DNA of 63,606 bases, counting the filler, from Reclinomonas americana ATCC 50394 (Eukaryota), in assembly GCA_048213135.1 (NCBI GenBank). It is 17 parts of 17 records of this genome, joined end to end, with 100 filler letters (N's around TTAATTAATTAA, not from the genome) between each part and the next. Parts side by side here need not be neighbours in the genome. Positions count along the whole stretch, not along the records: positions 51,473 to 57,255 come from AFZH01022588.1; positions 57,356 to 61,185 come from AFZH01022589.1; positions 61,286 to 63,606 come from AFZH01022591.1; 14 more parts are not named here. The stretch is one strand, 5' to 3'. The notes beneath the pieces were generated by a model that was not told where the DNA came from, did no database searches, and saw only the letters and a list, made by a program, of their open reading frames with translations. A program made the translations under genes and the position numbers. Shown here piece after piece: positions 52,474-63,606 of the stretch (position 1 is the first letter of the stretch; each line of letters opens with the position of its first letter).

Positions 52474-55400
52474 ATGGCCCTGCCCGAATTTGAAACCGCT
52501 CGCGCCAAACTCCCACCGACGCCAGCTGCAGTGCCGGAGAGGTACGGAGTGTGCCACAAAAGTGATTGCCCCACCCTCTCTCTGTATGTTCTCATGATTG
52601 TGTATGTGTTATTAGTGTTCGCGATGCTGGTCTTCCGTCACTGTCCTTTTGCGTCAGCAAGGATGCCAGCTTCCGTCACTGGAAGGTACCGGGGGCGGAG
52701 TACGCGCTGCTTGTTGTCGGCGCGCTGCCGTCCATGTTTAGTAAGCACGAGATCGCGGCTGCCGTTCGTGAGCGGCGTGCGGAGGTCGTGTTTGTGATCG
52801 ACAGATCGAGCTCCATGGACTGCTTGGTGGACATCGGCGGGCGTTCCTCTCGCACCTCGCGACTCGAGTGCGCCATGGACGCGGCGAGTGTCGCGCTGAA
52901 CACCCTTGTCGGTGCCGGCGAGGACAAGCGCTACTCCAAGGGCCACGTCATGTACTTTAACCACGCGATTGGCGATTTGATTGAGTGCGGCGGCGGCACC
53001 GGCATTGCCATGCCGCGAGAGCAGCCGAGCGGTACCACGTCGCTCTTCGAAGCGCTGGAGCATCTGGGCACCACTATTGTCCCTCGCCTTGCCAATTCTG
53101 GCGCCTCGGAAGTCGACGTTGTTTTCCTCACCGACGGATATCAAAGGCCTGTCATGAGCACGTCCGAATCCAGCAGGTTCCTGGAGGCGATGCGTGACGG
53201 GCTGCAACGTTCCGAAGTCAAGGTCAAGTTTGTCACGGCCGGCGTCGGTGCCGACCACGACTACAAGACCCTCTTTGGTATTATCGAAATGGCCGGTACC
53301 GGTTTTTACACTGTCTTGGACAGCAGCACCTCCAGCAGCTTTGGCGAGTACCTGTCGTCGACTCTGGGGTTGCCGACGCGTGCCATGCGCCGCACCCTTG
53401 CCAGCGGTCACGAAATCATCTTCCCCGACGGCCTGGATGGCTACGGGTACGGTTTGGTGCCGACAACGCATCCGAGCATTGTTGACGGGCGACTCGACCT
53501 CGGTGGCGATGCCGGAGTTCTTCGCGGCACCCCCTTGCCAATGGAGGAGGACATTGAAGTGTGCAAGGGTGTGCTGTGTGACGTGATTGCCCGTGCTCTC
53601 TGCGACGCCATTGGGCGCGGCGTGCGGACCATGCGACAGGTGCACGATGTGGCCGCTCTGGTCCGGCTGGCGCGCAACCACGGGCTCAGCGTCTCCGACG
53701 AGCTTGCCGCTGCACTCGTGCACTCTCGCACATTGGGTGGCGCGGGTGCGAGCATTGAGCTGCTGCGCGATATCTCCGACGTGATGATGGGCCGGATCAA
53801 GCAGGCGACTGCGTCGCTGGACCGGATGATGATGCACCGCATCGTCCGCAACACCGCCATGATGCAGATGTTTGCCGATATGAAGCGCACAGCCATTGCG
53901 GAGTTGCACGCCATGCGTGATGACGTGCGACGACCGGAGCTGTCGCGCTTCCTGGACACGGACGGCGATTTGCCGTATGTCGCGGTGCAGGTGCTCCGAG
54001 TCGGTCGGGTGGTGGGAGCCAGCCCGCACGACTACAATATCGCCCTGCCTGGCGAGTGCGGCTGGCGATACAACGAGGCCAAGGAGGCGTTTGACGCTCA
54101 GCCACGAAGCGACAACGACGGCGACGATACCAACGGCGCTGTCGGCAACATTGTGGCGCTTCCGTTGTGCCCGAGCAGCGAACTCGTGCGAGTCTGGTAC
54201 CTGACCGCGTTCTCGCCGACGTCGTTGATGACGACTGGTAACGCGGCCGCCGGCTCCAACGAGCACATGCTATCGGTCTGCACGCGCGCCTACATGCTGG
54301 CACGCACGCGTGCGGAGCCAAAGTTGCTTGCGCTGCTGCGCAACACGGTGTTGGCGGCGCTCTGTCAGCCGCTGGTGGAGGGTGGCGAGCGAACTCTGGC
54401 CATGGAGATCACGGACGCGGCGAGCAGGTTCAAGCGTGACGCGGCGCACCGTGGGCGTGAGGTGGTGCACTCGGTGTCGGCTCTGATGACGCAACTGCAC
54501 ACTCTCACCGGCGCGGACGCGGCCCACTGGCCTCTCGGCATTGCCGGTGTGTCGGTGGAGCCCGGCGGCGAACTTGCTCGTGCACTCATCGAAGAGGACA
54601 TGGTGCGTGCGCTCACCTACCTGCGCGCGGACCAGACGACGAAGCTCGCCATTGGCGCCCACACCGACGTACTGTTCAAGGACATCCAACCGTTCTCGGT
54701 CACGAGTGCTACCGAGCATGTGCACGTCACCGGAGATCATGTCGACGTGGTGGTCGTGGACGGACTGGTGATCAAGGGCGTGCGCACTCTGCTAAAGTCC
54801 ACCTTTGAGCAAGAGAAGAGTCGCTTCACGGTCCGCGGCGGGAAACCGCACATTGAGCCGCGCAAGGGACAGGCCTACATTCACGCACTGAAGAAGCTGG
54901 CAGACGGCATTGCCATGGGCGCCGACATGATTACGGTGGTGCCCAACAAAGCCGTGGTGGATTGGGCGACCGGGTGGATCGCGGCGCGGATGGCTGAGCG
55001 TCACTACGCCCTCCGTGGCGATTACCACGTGGCGCCCGACACGGCATTTGGCATCCTCCTGACGGCGCTGCCCGCTGGCACTTCGACGGCCTTGGCCCAT
55101 GCGGGTTCCTACGCCCAGGTGGCTGCGCTGGAACTGGAGGCCGTCAAGGAGCAAGAGAAGAAGCGCTATGCGGCGGCTGCCGCTGCACACAAGATCAAGG
55201 CCACGTTCGACGCACTGGCGCTGATCATTGTGACGGAGCTGAGTCCCGCCGAGCAGGAGCTGGCCGTGATGTGTTTCGGCTCGGTCGGAGCTGGCGTGTC
55301 GTCGCGCATGCGCCGAACCGTTCGAGCGTTTGTCGAGGGAACGCTGCACGACCCGTCTCCGGCCACGAGCAGTGTTGCCGATCTGAGTGCGCGCGACGAG

Positions 55401-55604
55401 CAAATGATGCACATGCGTCGCGTGCTGGCCTCGTACGGCAACAGCTGCGACACCCGCCGCACCGACATCCTCGAGGTGTGCGAGCCGGCCTCCCGCTGGG
55501 TTGCGCGCGGCCTGAAGAGTGTCTTCTATCGCAGTACTGCTGACGACAGCAACAGCAACAACAACAACAGCGGCGGCAGCGGTGGCTCGATTGTGCAGCT
55601 GTGA
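52474..55604 (+). CDS. Protein of about 1000 aa with N-terminal von Willebrand A (MIDAS) domain and unrecognised C-terminal region
   Basis: Exon 52474-52541 plus a single 2947-nt exon 52658-55604. VVFVIDRSSSM (DxSxS), SGTTSLFEAL, VVFLTDG, TAGVGADHD. Confidence 0.85.
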
Positions 55605-55619
55605 GCGGTAGAGAGAGAA

Positions 55620-56030
55620 AGTGTGTGAGAGAGAGAGCACCTCGCCACGTCTCGCTTGAGGGGGAGAATACTATACTACAAAGTGAAGACGATGATGCTC
55701 TCGACACACGATTAGGAGAAGATGGCAGAGGGGGAGAGAGAATTTGTCGTACGGCACGTCTCGCTTGAGTGGGGGGGGGGGGGGGGGGAAGTACTATTAC
55801 TACAAAGTGAAGACGCTGCTGGTCTCGACGTACGATTAGAATGAGATGGCAGAGGGGAAAGAGAATTTGTCGGACGGCACGACTCGCTTGAGGCGATACT
55901 ACAAAGTGTAAACATGTCGTTCCCGACACACATGATGATGTATTAGGAGAAGACGGTAGATCCAGAGGGAGAGAGAGGGTTTGTCGAACGGCGTCTCGCT
56001 TGAGGGGACACAAATGATGTAATGCGAAGA
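55620..56030. repeat. Degenerate tandem repeat of about 120 bp (3-4 copies) between convergent genes
   Basis: Recurring blocks GAATTTGTCG..CGGCACG.CTCGCTTGAG, TACAAAGTG and ATTAG..GAAGATGGCAGAGGGG. Confidence 0.75.
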
Positions 56031-56046
56031 GCAAACCGCAAGTGGG

Positions 56047-57187
56047 TTATATTAGCGCTACGACAGTGGCCGTCACGAGGAGAAGGAGCAGCCACGATGT
56101 GCTGTGCGCCGACGGTGAGGCGGCGTTGGGGATTGGGAGATTGAGATTGTTGCAGGTTGGGTAGGGGGCGTAGTCGGAGGTGACTTCCAGGGGTGGGCAG
56201 TCGAAGCCTGCGAGGAGGGGGAAGGAGAAGGGAGGGTTGAGGGGAAGGAGAAGGGTATGTAGGGGAAGGGAGAGAAGGGGGAAGAGAGACAGGAAGTAAG
56301 ACAACATGAGAAAATTGAGGAACAGAAACAGAAGGATAGGAACGAGAGATAACGAAATGTATGGATGAATACGAATGAAAGAAAAGGGAGAGTTAGAGAT
56401 AGAGAGGAAGAAAACAAGCAAGAGCGGCGATGGCAGACAGGAAGTAAGAAAGCATGAGAAAAAAAGGGAGGAATAGAGAGGAGCAAAAGAGTATGAAATG
56501 GATGGATGAATACGAATGAAAGAAAGAAGGAGAGGGAGTGTGTGTGAGAGAGGACGGAATTTCGAAAAGCAGCGATGGCGGGAGACAGGAAGCAAACAGC
56601 ATGAGAAAAAGGGAGAAGGAAGGCAGGAAGGAAGAAAGGAAGGAAGAAAGGAAGGAAGAAAGGAAGGAAGGAAACAGGAAGAAAGGAAGAAAGGAAGGAA
56701 GGAAGGAAGGAAAGAAGGACGAAAGAGAGAGAGGAAGGAAACAAGCAAGAGCGGCGATGGCAAACAGGAAGCAAGAAAGCATGTGACCAAGGGAGAGGAA
56801 ACGCAAGAGAAACAAAGAAAGAAAGAAACAACGATTGAAGGAAAGAAGAGGAGAGTGAGCGAGAGATCAGGAGAGAGAAAGAGAGACAGAAGAGAAGAAG
56901 AGAAAGAAAGGGAGAAAGAGAGCGAAACAAAAAGCAGTGAAAGAGAGGAAGGCAAAGTGCAAACGATGGAGAGCAGGGCACTGTGGCCGTCTTGTGCAAA
57001 CTCACCTAGATCGGTGGGGCACTTTCGCACCACCTCGTAGCACAGATCCTGACACGGTAGCACCTGTCCGTTGGACGGTATCACCGGCTGCTGACAAAGC
57101 GGGAAGTTGATGGCGCACGCCCAGTTCTTGTAGGCCTTCAGGCACGAGTTGCACTCGTAGAACGGGTAGAAATCGCGGCAATCGTAT
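56047..57187 (-). CDS. Mid1/FAM155(NALF)-like Frizzled-type cysteine-rich protein, C-terminal part
   Basis: Exons 57006-57187 and 56047-56207 give CNSCLKAYKNWACAINFPLC...VLPCQDLCYEVVRKCPTDLGFDCP...CN plus a hydrophobic GPI/TM-like tail. Confidence 0.72.
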
Positions 57188-57355
57188 CTGTGTATTGGAG
57201 CGGTGAGTGGCTTGGATGGACACCAACGAACCACAGGCTGTACAGCTATCGGGCANNNNNNNNNNNNNNNNNNNNNNNNNNNNNNNNNNNNNNNNNNNNT
57301 TAATTAATTAANNNNNNNNNNNNNNNNNNNNNNNNNNNNNNNNNNNNNNNNNNNN

Positions 57356-57399
<44 letters not shown>

Positions 57400-57713
57400 C
57401 TGCCCGTCTCTATTCTCTGTGATCACTCTCTCTCTCTCTCTCCTCACAGTCTGCCCCTCTCTCTATTCACTGTGATCACTCTCGCAGACTCCTCTGTTTA
57501 TCTCATTAGCTGAGATACTGGCGTTCCCGCGCAAACCTCAGACAACTCAATCTCGCCCTCTTACCCACCTCTCACACTGGTGAATGTGCATGCGACAAGC
57601 AACAGCAGCAGCAGCAGCAGCGTATGGGAAGAGGCTTCGTGCGCTCTCCGCGGCCTTGACATGATTGACGAAACGGTTGAGGGACACAGAGGACAGCAGT
57701 TTATCTCCATCAT

Positions 57714-60261
57714 TCACGTCGCACAATGCATGCCCACCAGCGCAATGAGCACGCCCATCCGCTCCTCCAACTCCTCCTTCTCCGCTGCGTGACGAGCGGG
57801 CACCGATTTCCGCATGAATGCAAGTGCCGCCTGCAGCGACTGACGCACCTCGTGTGCCGGCACCGTCAGAGGCGGCTGACTGCCGTCGCACTCGGCGTCC
57901 AGACGCGACACAAAGTCCGACGCCACCAGCGCCTCCCACATGAGCAGTAGTCGTTGCCACTCGGCCACATGCTGCGGTTGCAGAGGTCGGAACATGGCGT
58001 ACGGCGGCTGCTCGTCGCTGCTGCTGCCTCCGGCTGGTGTGGGTGCGCCGAATCGCTCGCCAATGACATACAGACACGAGTCGGGTAGCTGTGGCGGCGA
58101 GTGTGAGCGACTATATGCGTAACATGAGAGAGCTTCCTACTCACCAGTGCCTGCAGAGCCGGATGCGCCGAGTGCAGTTGCAGCACGCGCTCGGTCACAC
58201 TCGGATCACCGCCATGGTCGCGCATGCAAAACGACATTTGATCGGCCAAGTCATGCACCGCCGCATCGCCGGGTCCCGCGTCGAACGCAGGCGGCCACGT
58301 GAGGCACCCGTACTGACCCGACACCAGCGTCGCCATCAGCGACTTTATGAGCTGCATGTGCATCTCGTCGGGCACGCCATGAATGAGAATGTCGGTGATG
58401 GTCGGCAGGAACTCTTCCATGGGGTTGCCGTAGATGGCGGCGGTGAGATCTGCGGGGCGATGACAGTGAGTGAGAGAGCGAGAGGGAGAGAGAGATTCGG
58501 CAGAAGGCAACTCCAACCTCTCATCGTGTTCGCATCACCCGCCAGCGCCACCGTCTGATACACCAACTCGGCCACAACGCCCAACAGATGCTCCACTGCC
58601 GGTGACTTGGGATCCGCGCGCACCTGCTTGAGCGCATATTCGAGTGTGACACGCACACGTGCGGGGCGACGAAAGGCGGCCGCCGCCACCGAAGGCATCA
58701 CCGTGCAAAAGTGACGCGACAGTTCGACGGCCACGCGACCGGTCGGGGCACCGGCGAGCAAGCGGAAGAGTTTCATGAGGACATCTCTGTGGCATGATGA
58801 GGAGGGCACAAAAAAAGGGAGTGCGAGGAGTGTGAGGGAGGGAGGGGGAGGCGCAACTCGGGGCAGTAGTAGCCGGCGAGCTGATGTCGATAGAGTGCGT
58901 CGAAGAGTACTTTGAGGCCTGCAGGAGAAAAACACGAATGAAATGGGGAAAGGGCGGCAAGAGAGGAGAGAGAGGTGAGGGGAAGGGGGGAAGGGAGAAG
59001 AGCGAGAAGAGAAGAGAGAGTGGAGAGGAGAGAGGAGAGAGGGGAAGGGAGAAAAGAGTTGAAGAAGGGACGAGAGTGAGAGGAGAGAAGAGAGAAGGGA
59101 GACACCAAAATGAGTGAAACAAAGGAGAAGAAAGATTGAGAGAGAAAAGGCGATGAGCAACTGAGGCCGCAAACACGAAATGAGGCAAGAGGAGAGAAGA
59201 GAGCAGAAAGCACAAGAAACAAAACAGACGCAACGAGAGAGAGACAGATAGAGACGAAAGAGAGTTGAGTACACAAGAGAGTGAGGCCTGCAGAAACGAA
59301 ATGAGTTGAAAAGGGAAGAGAGTGAGAGAAGAGAAGAGCGATAGAGAGACCAAGAGAACATTGATGCAGACACCAAAATGAGTCAAAGTAAGAGTTGAGC
59401 AGCAAGAAAGCTAAGACATTGAGGCTTACAGAAACCACGAAATCAGTTGAATGAGGGCTAGGAGAGAAGAGAGAGAAGAGAGACCAAGAGGCGAAAGATG
59501 CAGAGAAACCAGAATGAGTGAAAACAGCGGAGAGACTAACGAGAAGAGAGACTTGAGTAAACACAAGAGACTGACAGATGAGCACTTTGAGGCTTACATA
59601 AACTACGAAATGAGTTGAATGAGGGCTAGGAGAGAAGAGAGAGAAGAGAGACCAAGGGGCGAAAGATGCAGAGAAACCAGAATGAGTGAAAACAACGGAG
59701 AGACTAATGAGGAGACAAGAGACTGACAACGAGGACTTTGAGGCTTACATAAACCACGAAGTGAGTTGTCTCTCTCATTCTACAGCTGCCGTCCATTCAT
59801 TACCACTCTGCGCGCCGCGCTTCAACTCGCCACGACGCGCGTGTTTCTCGACGAAAACAGCGAAACGATTGATGGATGATTCAAGGAAGAAATCAACTGT
59901 AATCAATCTCTCTCTCACCCCTCTCTCTCAAATGTGTGCATGTGTGTGTGCATGTGTGTGTGCAGGTGTGTGTGTGTGTGTGCATCTGTCGCACTTTCAC
60001 ATGTTTTTCCCTCATTTTTTGCCTCTCACCTTCACCCTCATCTCCTCCCTGCAACAACGAGCTGACTGCCACCGCCATTCCATGCGGCAATGTGCGCAGC
60101 TCACTCACACACGCGCCCACAAACACCTCCTCGCGCAACACCGACTCGAACGACAGTGACACTGCGCGCGACGAGGTCGATGTCGACAGGGGCGACAGGG
60201 GCGATTCGCGGGTGATGATCGAGGCCTTGGAGGAGGTCTTTCTCCGCTTCACAGACGCCAT
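57714..60261 (-). CDS. Hypothetical helical protein, multi-exon; 3' end approximate
   Basis: MASVKRRK..., VDFFLESSINRF, GLKVLFDALYRHQLAGYYCPE|DVLMKLFRLL, DLTAAIYGNPMEEFLPTI. Junctions are frame-consistent. Confidence 0.55.
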
Positions 60262-60635
60262 GGTGTGGAGAGTGAGAAGGTGGTTTGCTGGTGGTGCGCG
60301 GGAGTGCTCGCAGGTTTGTGTGGAAAGTGCGAGAGAGGATTTGTCTCTCACTTTCTTTCTCTTTTGCTCTCTCTTTGCTCTCTCTCGCCATTCCATGCGG
60401 CAGTGTGCGCAGCTCACTCACACACACACCCACAAACACCTCCTCGCGCAACACCGACTCGAACGACAATGACACTGCGCGCGACGAGGTCGATGTCGAC
60501 AGTGGCGACAGGGGCGATTCGCGGGTGATGATTGAGGCCTTGGAGGAGGTCTTTCTCCGCTTCACAGACGCCATGTTGCAAGCAGTTGATCTTGAGGTTT
60601 GCAAGGTGCAATGTGCGCGGGAGTGCTCGCATGCA
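60073..60635. repeat. Tandem duplication (period 313 bp) of the first coding exon and upstream sequence
   Basis: 60073-60262 is nearly identical to 60386-60575, and GTGCGCGGGAGTGCTCGCA occurs upstream of both copies. Confidence 0.92.
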
Positions 60636-60682
60636 GTGAACTGTCCATTGTCACTCATCACTCTTTCTCACACACACACGCC

Positions 60683-60906
60683 ATGGGCAAGATCGCACAG
60701 TTGGTCATTGGACCTGCAGGCAGTGGCAAGGTAGTCTCTCACACACGAGCACTGTTCTTTTATTCTCAAATTGCATCGCATCTCTAACTTGACTTGGCAG
60801 ACCACCTACTGTCACACATTGCGGGAACGATGCGAAGTCGGCAAACGCCGTGTGCATCTTATGAATCTCGATCCAGCTGCGGAAGAGGAAGTCGACTGGG
60901 CGATTG
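60683..60906 (+). CDS. GPN3: GPN-loop GTPase 3, first two exons
   Basis: MGKIAQLVIGPAGSGK|TTYCHTLRERCEVGKRRVHLMNLDPAAEE (P-loop plus NLDPAAE). Confidence 0.85.
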
Positions 60907-60919
60907 GTGAGCTCTTCTC

Positions 60920-61185
<266 letters not shown>

Positions 61186-61285
61186 NNNNNNNNNNNNNNN
61201 NNNNNNNNNNNNNNNNNNNNNNNNNNNNNTTAATTAATTAANNNNNNNNNNNNNNNNNNNNNNNNNNNNNNNNNNNNNNNNNNNN

Positions 61286-63606
61286 CACGAGCCGTTACCG
61301 TTGCAGGTGGTCGACGCCTGGCAGAAGGTGTTGCACGTGGCACCGTAGTAGTTGGCGGTGCACTGGTTGCAGTTGGTGCCGGTGTAGTTTGGAGTGCACA
61401 CGCACTGGCCACTCGAGTTGCACGAGCCGTTGCCGTTGCAGGTGGTGGCCGCCGAGCAGAACACGTCACAGTTGGCACCGAAGAAGCCCGCCGTGCACTG
61501 CGTGCACGAGGCGCCCGCAAAGTTGCCAGAGCACACGCACTGGCCGCTCGAGTTGCACGTGCCGCGACCAGAGCACGTCGTCGCCGCCGAGCAGAACGAG
61601 TTGCACGTCAGGCCGTAGTAGTTGGGCAGGCACTGGTTGCAGTTGGTGCCAGCAAAGTTCGGGTTGCACACGCACTGACCAATCGAGTTGCACGAGCCGT
61701 TGCCGTTGCAGGTGGTGGCCGCCGAGCAGAACACGTCGCAGTTGGCACCGAAGAAGCCACCGTGCACTGCGTGCACGAGGCGCCCGCAAAGTTGCCAGAG
61801 CACACGCACTGGCCGCTCGAGTTGCAGGTACCGCGCCCGTTGCAGGTGGTGGTGGCGTCGCACTGCACAGAGCACGTCGAGCCATAGAAGCCGCTGTTGC
61901 ACACGCACTGGCCGCTGCCATTGCACACGCCGTTGCCGTTGCATGTCGTGGCCGCCGAGCAGAAGGCCGAGCAGGTGGGTCCGTAGTAATTCGCCGCGCA
62001 CTGCAGGCAGTTGGGGCCGGTAAAGTTGCCGCCGCACACGCACTGTCCGGAGGCGTTGCAAGGACCACGACCGTTGCACGTCGTGCCCGGCGAGCAGAAC
62101 ACGTCGCAGCTGGTGCCGTAGTAGCCGGCGACGCACACTGAGCAGTTGGTGCCGGCAAAGTTGCCCGTGCACACGCACTGACCGGCCGAGTTGCACGTGC
62201 CACGCCCGTTGCAGGTGGTGGCCGCATTGCACTGAGTGGCGCACGTCAAGCCATAGAAGCCGCTGTTGCACACGCACAGGCCGCTGCCGTTGCACACGCC
62301 GTTGCCGCTGCAGGTGGTCGACGCCTGGCAGAAGGCCGAGCAGGTGGGTCCGTAGTAGTTGGCCGCGCACTGCGTGCAGTTGGCGCCCGTGTAGTTCGGA
62401 GTGCACACGCACTGGCCGCTCGAGTTGCACGAGCCGCGACCGCTGCACGTGGTCGACGCCGAGCAGAACACATCGCAATTGGCGCCGTAGTAGTTGGCTG
62501 CGCACTGCGTGCAGTTCGGGCCGGTAAAGTTGGCCGAGCACACGCACTGGCCGTTCGAGTTGCACGAGCCGCGCCCGTTGCAGGTGGTGGCCGCATTGCA
62601 CTGAGTGGCGCACGACGCACCGTAAAAGTCGGTGTTGCACACGCACTGGCCGGTGGCGTTGCAAGTGCCGTTGCCGTTGCACGTCGTGGCCGCCGAGCAG
62701 AAGCTGTTGCACGTCGGGCCAAAGTAGCCCGGCTGGCACTGATTGCAGTCGGCGCCGGTGGAGTTGGCGTTGCAGACGCACTGGCCGGCCAGGTTGCAGG
62801 TACCGCGCCCGTTGCAGGTGGTCAGCGAGTTGCAGAACGTGTCGCAGTTCACGCCGTAGTAGTTGTTGGCGCACAGATTGCAGTTGAAGCCGCCGAAATT
62901 CGGTGTGCACGCGCACCGCCCATCAGCGTTGCAAGTACCGCGACCGTTGCAGGTCGTCGACGCCTCGCAGTAGTTGGCGCAGTAGGGGCCGTAGAAATTG
63001 GGCAGGCACGAGTTGCACGACGGACCAGTGTAGTTGTTGTTGCAGACGCACTGGCCAGTGGAGCTGCAGGTGCCGCGCGAACTGCAAGTGGTAACGGGGT
63101 TGCAATACTGGCTGCAGGTCGGGCCGAAGTAGCCGGCGGCGCACTCGGTGCACGTCGGGCCGGCAAAGCCTGTCGGGCACAAGTTGCACGTGGGTCCCGT
63201 GAAGCCAGGGTTGCACACGCACTGGCCCTGCGAGTTGCAGTAACCACGACCACGGCAGGTGGTTGCCGAGCTGCAAAACACGTTGCAGCGAGGGCCGTAG
63301 TAGTTGGGCGCGCACTGCGAGCATTGCGGGCCAGTGAAGCCCGTCGGGCACGCATCGCAGCGGGATCCGCTAAAGCCGTTGCGGCACACGCACTGTCCAT
63401 CGGCGCCGCACACACCATTGCCACTGCAAGTGGAGGCGGCGTCGCAGTACACGTTGCAGCGCGAGCCGTAGTAGCCGGGCTGGCACACGGAGCAGTCGGG
63501 GCCATCAAAGCCGCGGCGGCAGATGCAGCGTCCGTTGCTCGGATTGCACGTGCCGTTGTTGTTGCAGGTGATCTCGGCAATGCACTGGCGCGAGCAGTTC
63601 GAGCCG
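61286..63606 (-). CDS. Laminin-type/EGF-like tandem cysteine-repeat surface protein (internal fragment; apparent 1-nt frameshift at about 61759)
   Basis: Many modules of the form CxAATTCNGRGxCNxxGQCVCxxNFxGxxC(xxCxxNYYGxxC). No introns over 2.3 kb. Confidence 0.9.

Noticed and set aside
52638..55640. Long antisense ORFs over the VWA and EGF genes
   Set aside because: They are shadow ORFs caused by GC3-rich codon usage.

Overview
Eukaryotic (protist-like) draft scaffold, not prokaryotic. There are 16 artificial N...TTAATTAATTAA...N gap spacers, and some contig ends carry 454-like TACG noise. Genes are GC-rich with many introns, and the introns contain (CT)n/(CA)n microsatellites. Genes reconstructed by hand: RING E3 ligase, LACTB-like serine hydrolase, TMEM14, an IQ/coiled-coil protein, UFC1, RIT1, two WD40 proteins, ARPC2, a TRAF-like Zn-finger protein, an MFS transporter, an NHE8-like exchanger, VIT1, a large VWA protein, a Mid1/FAM155-like protein, GPN3 and a laminin/EGF-repeat protein. 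The main signal is a second, abundant class of 5' splice site. About 21 of roughly 70 hand-reconstructed introns begin H|GTTG(A/C)G, which is the ordinary G|GTGAG / G|GTGCG motif shifted by one nucleotide. This class never follows an exonic G. All exon structures are inferred from reading frame and protein motifs, without transcript data.
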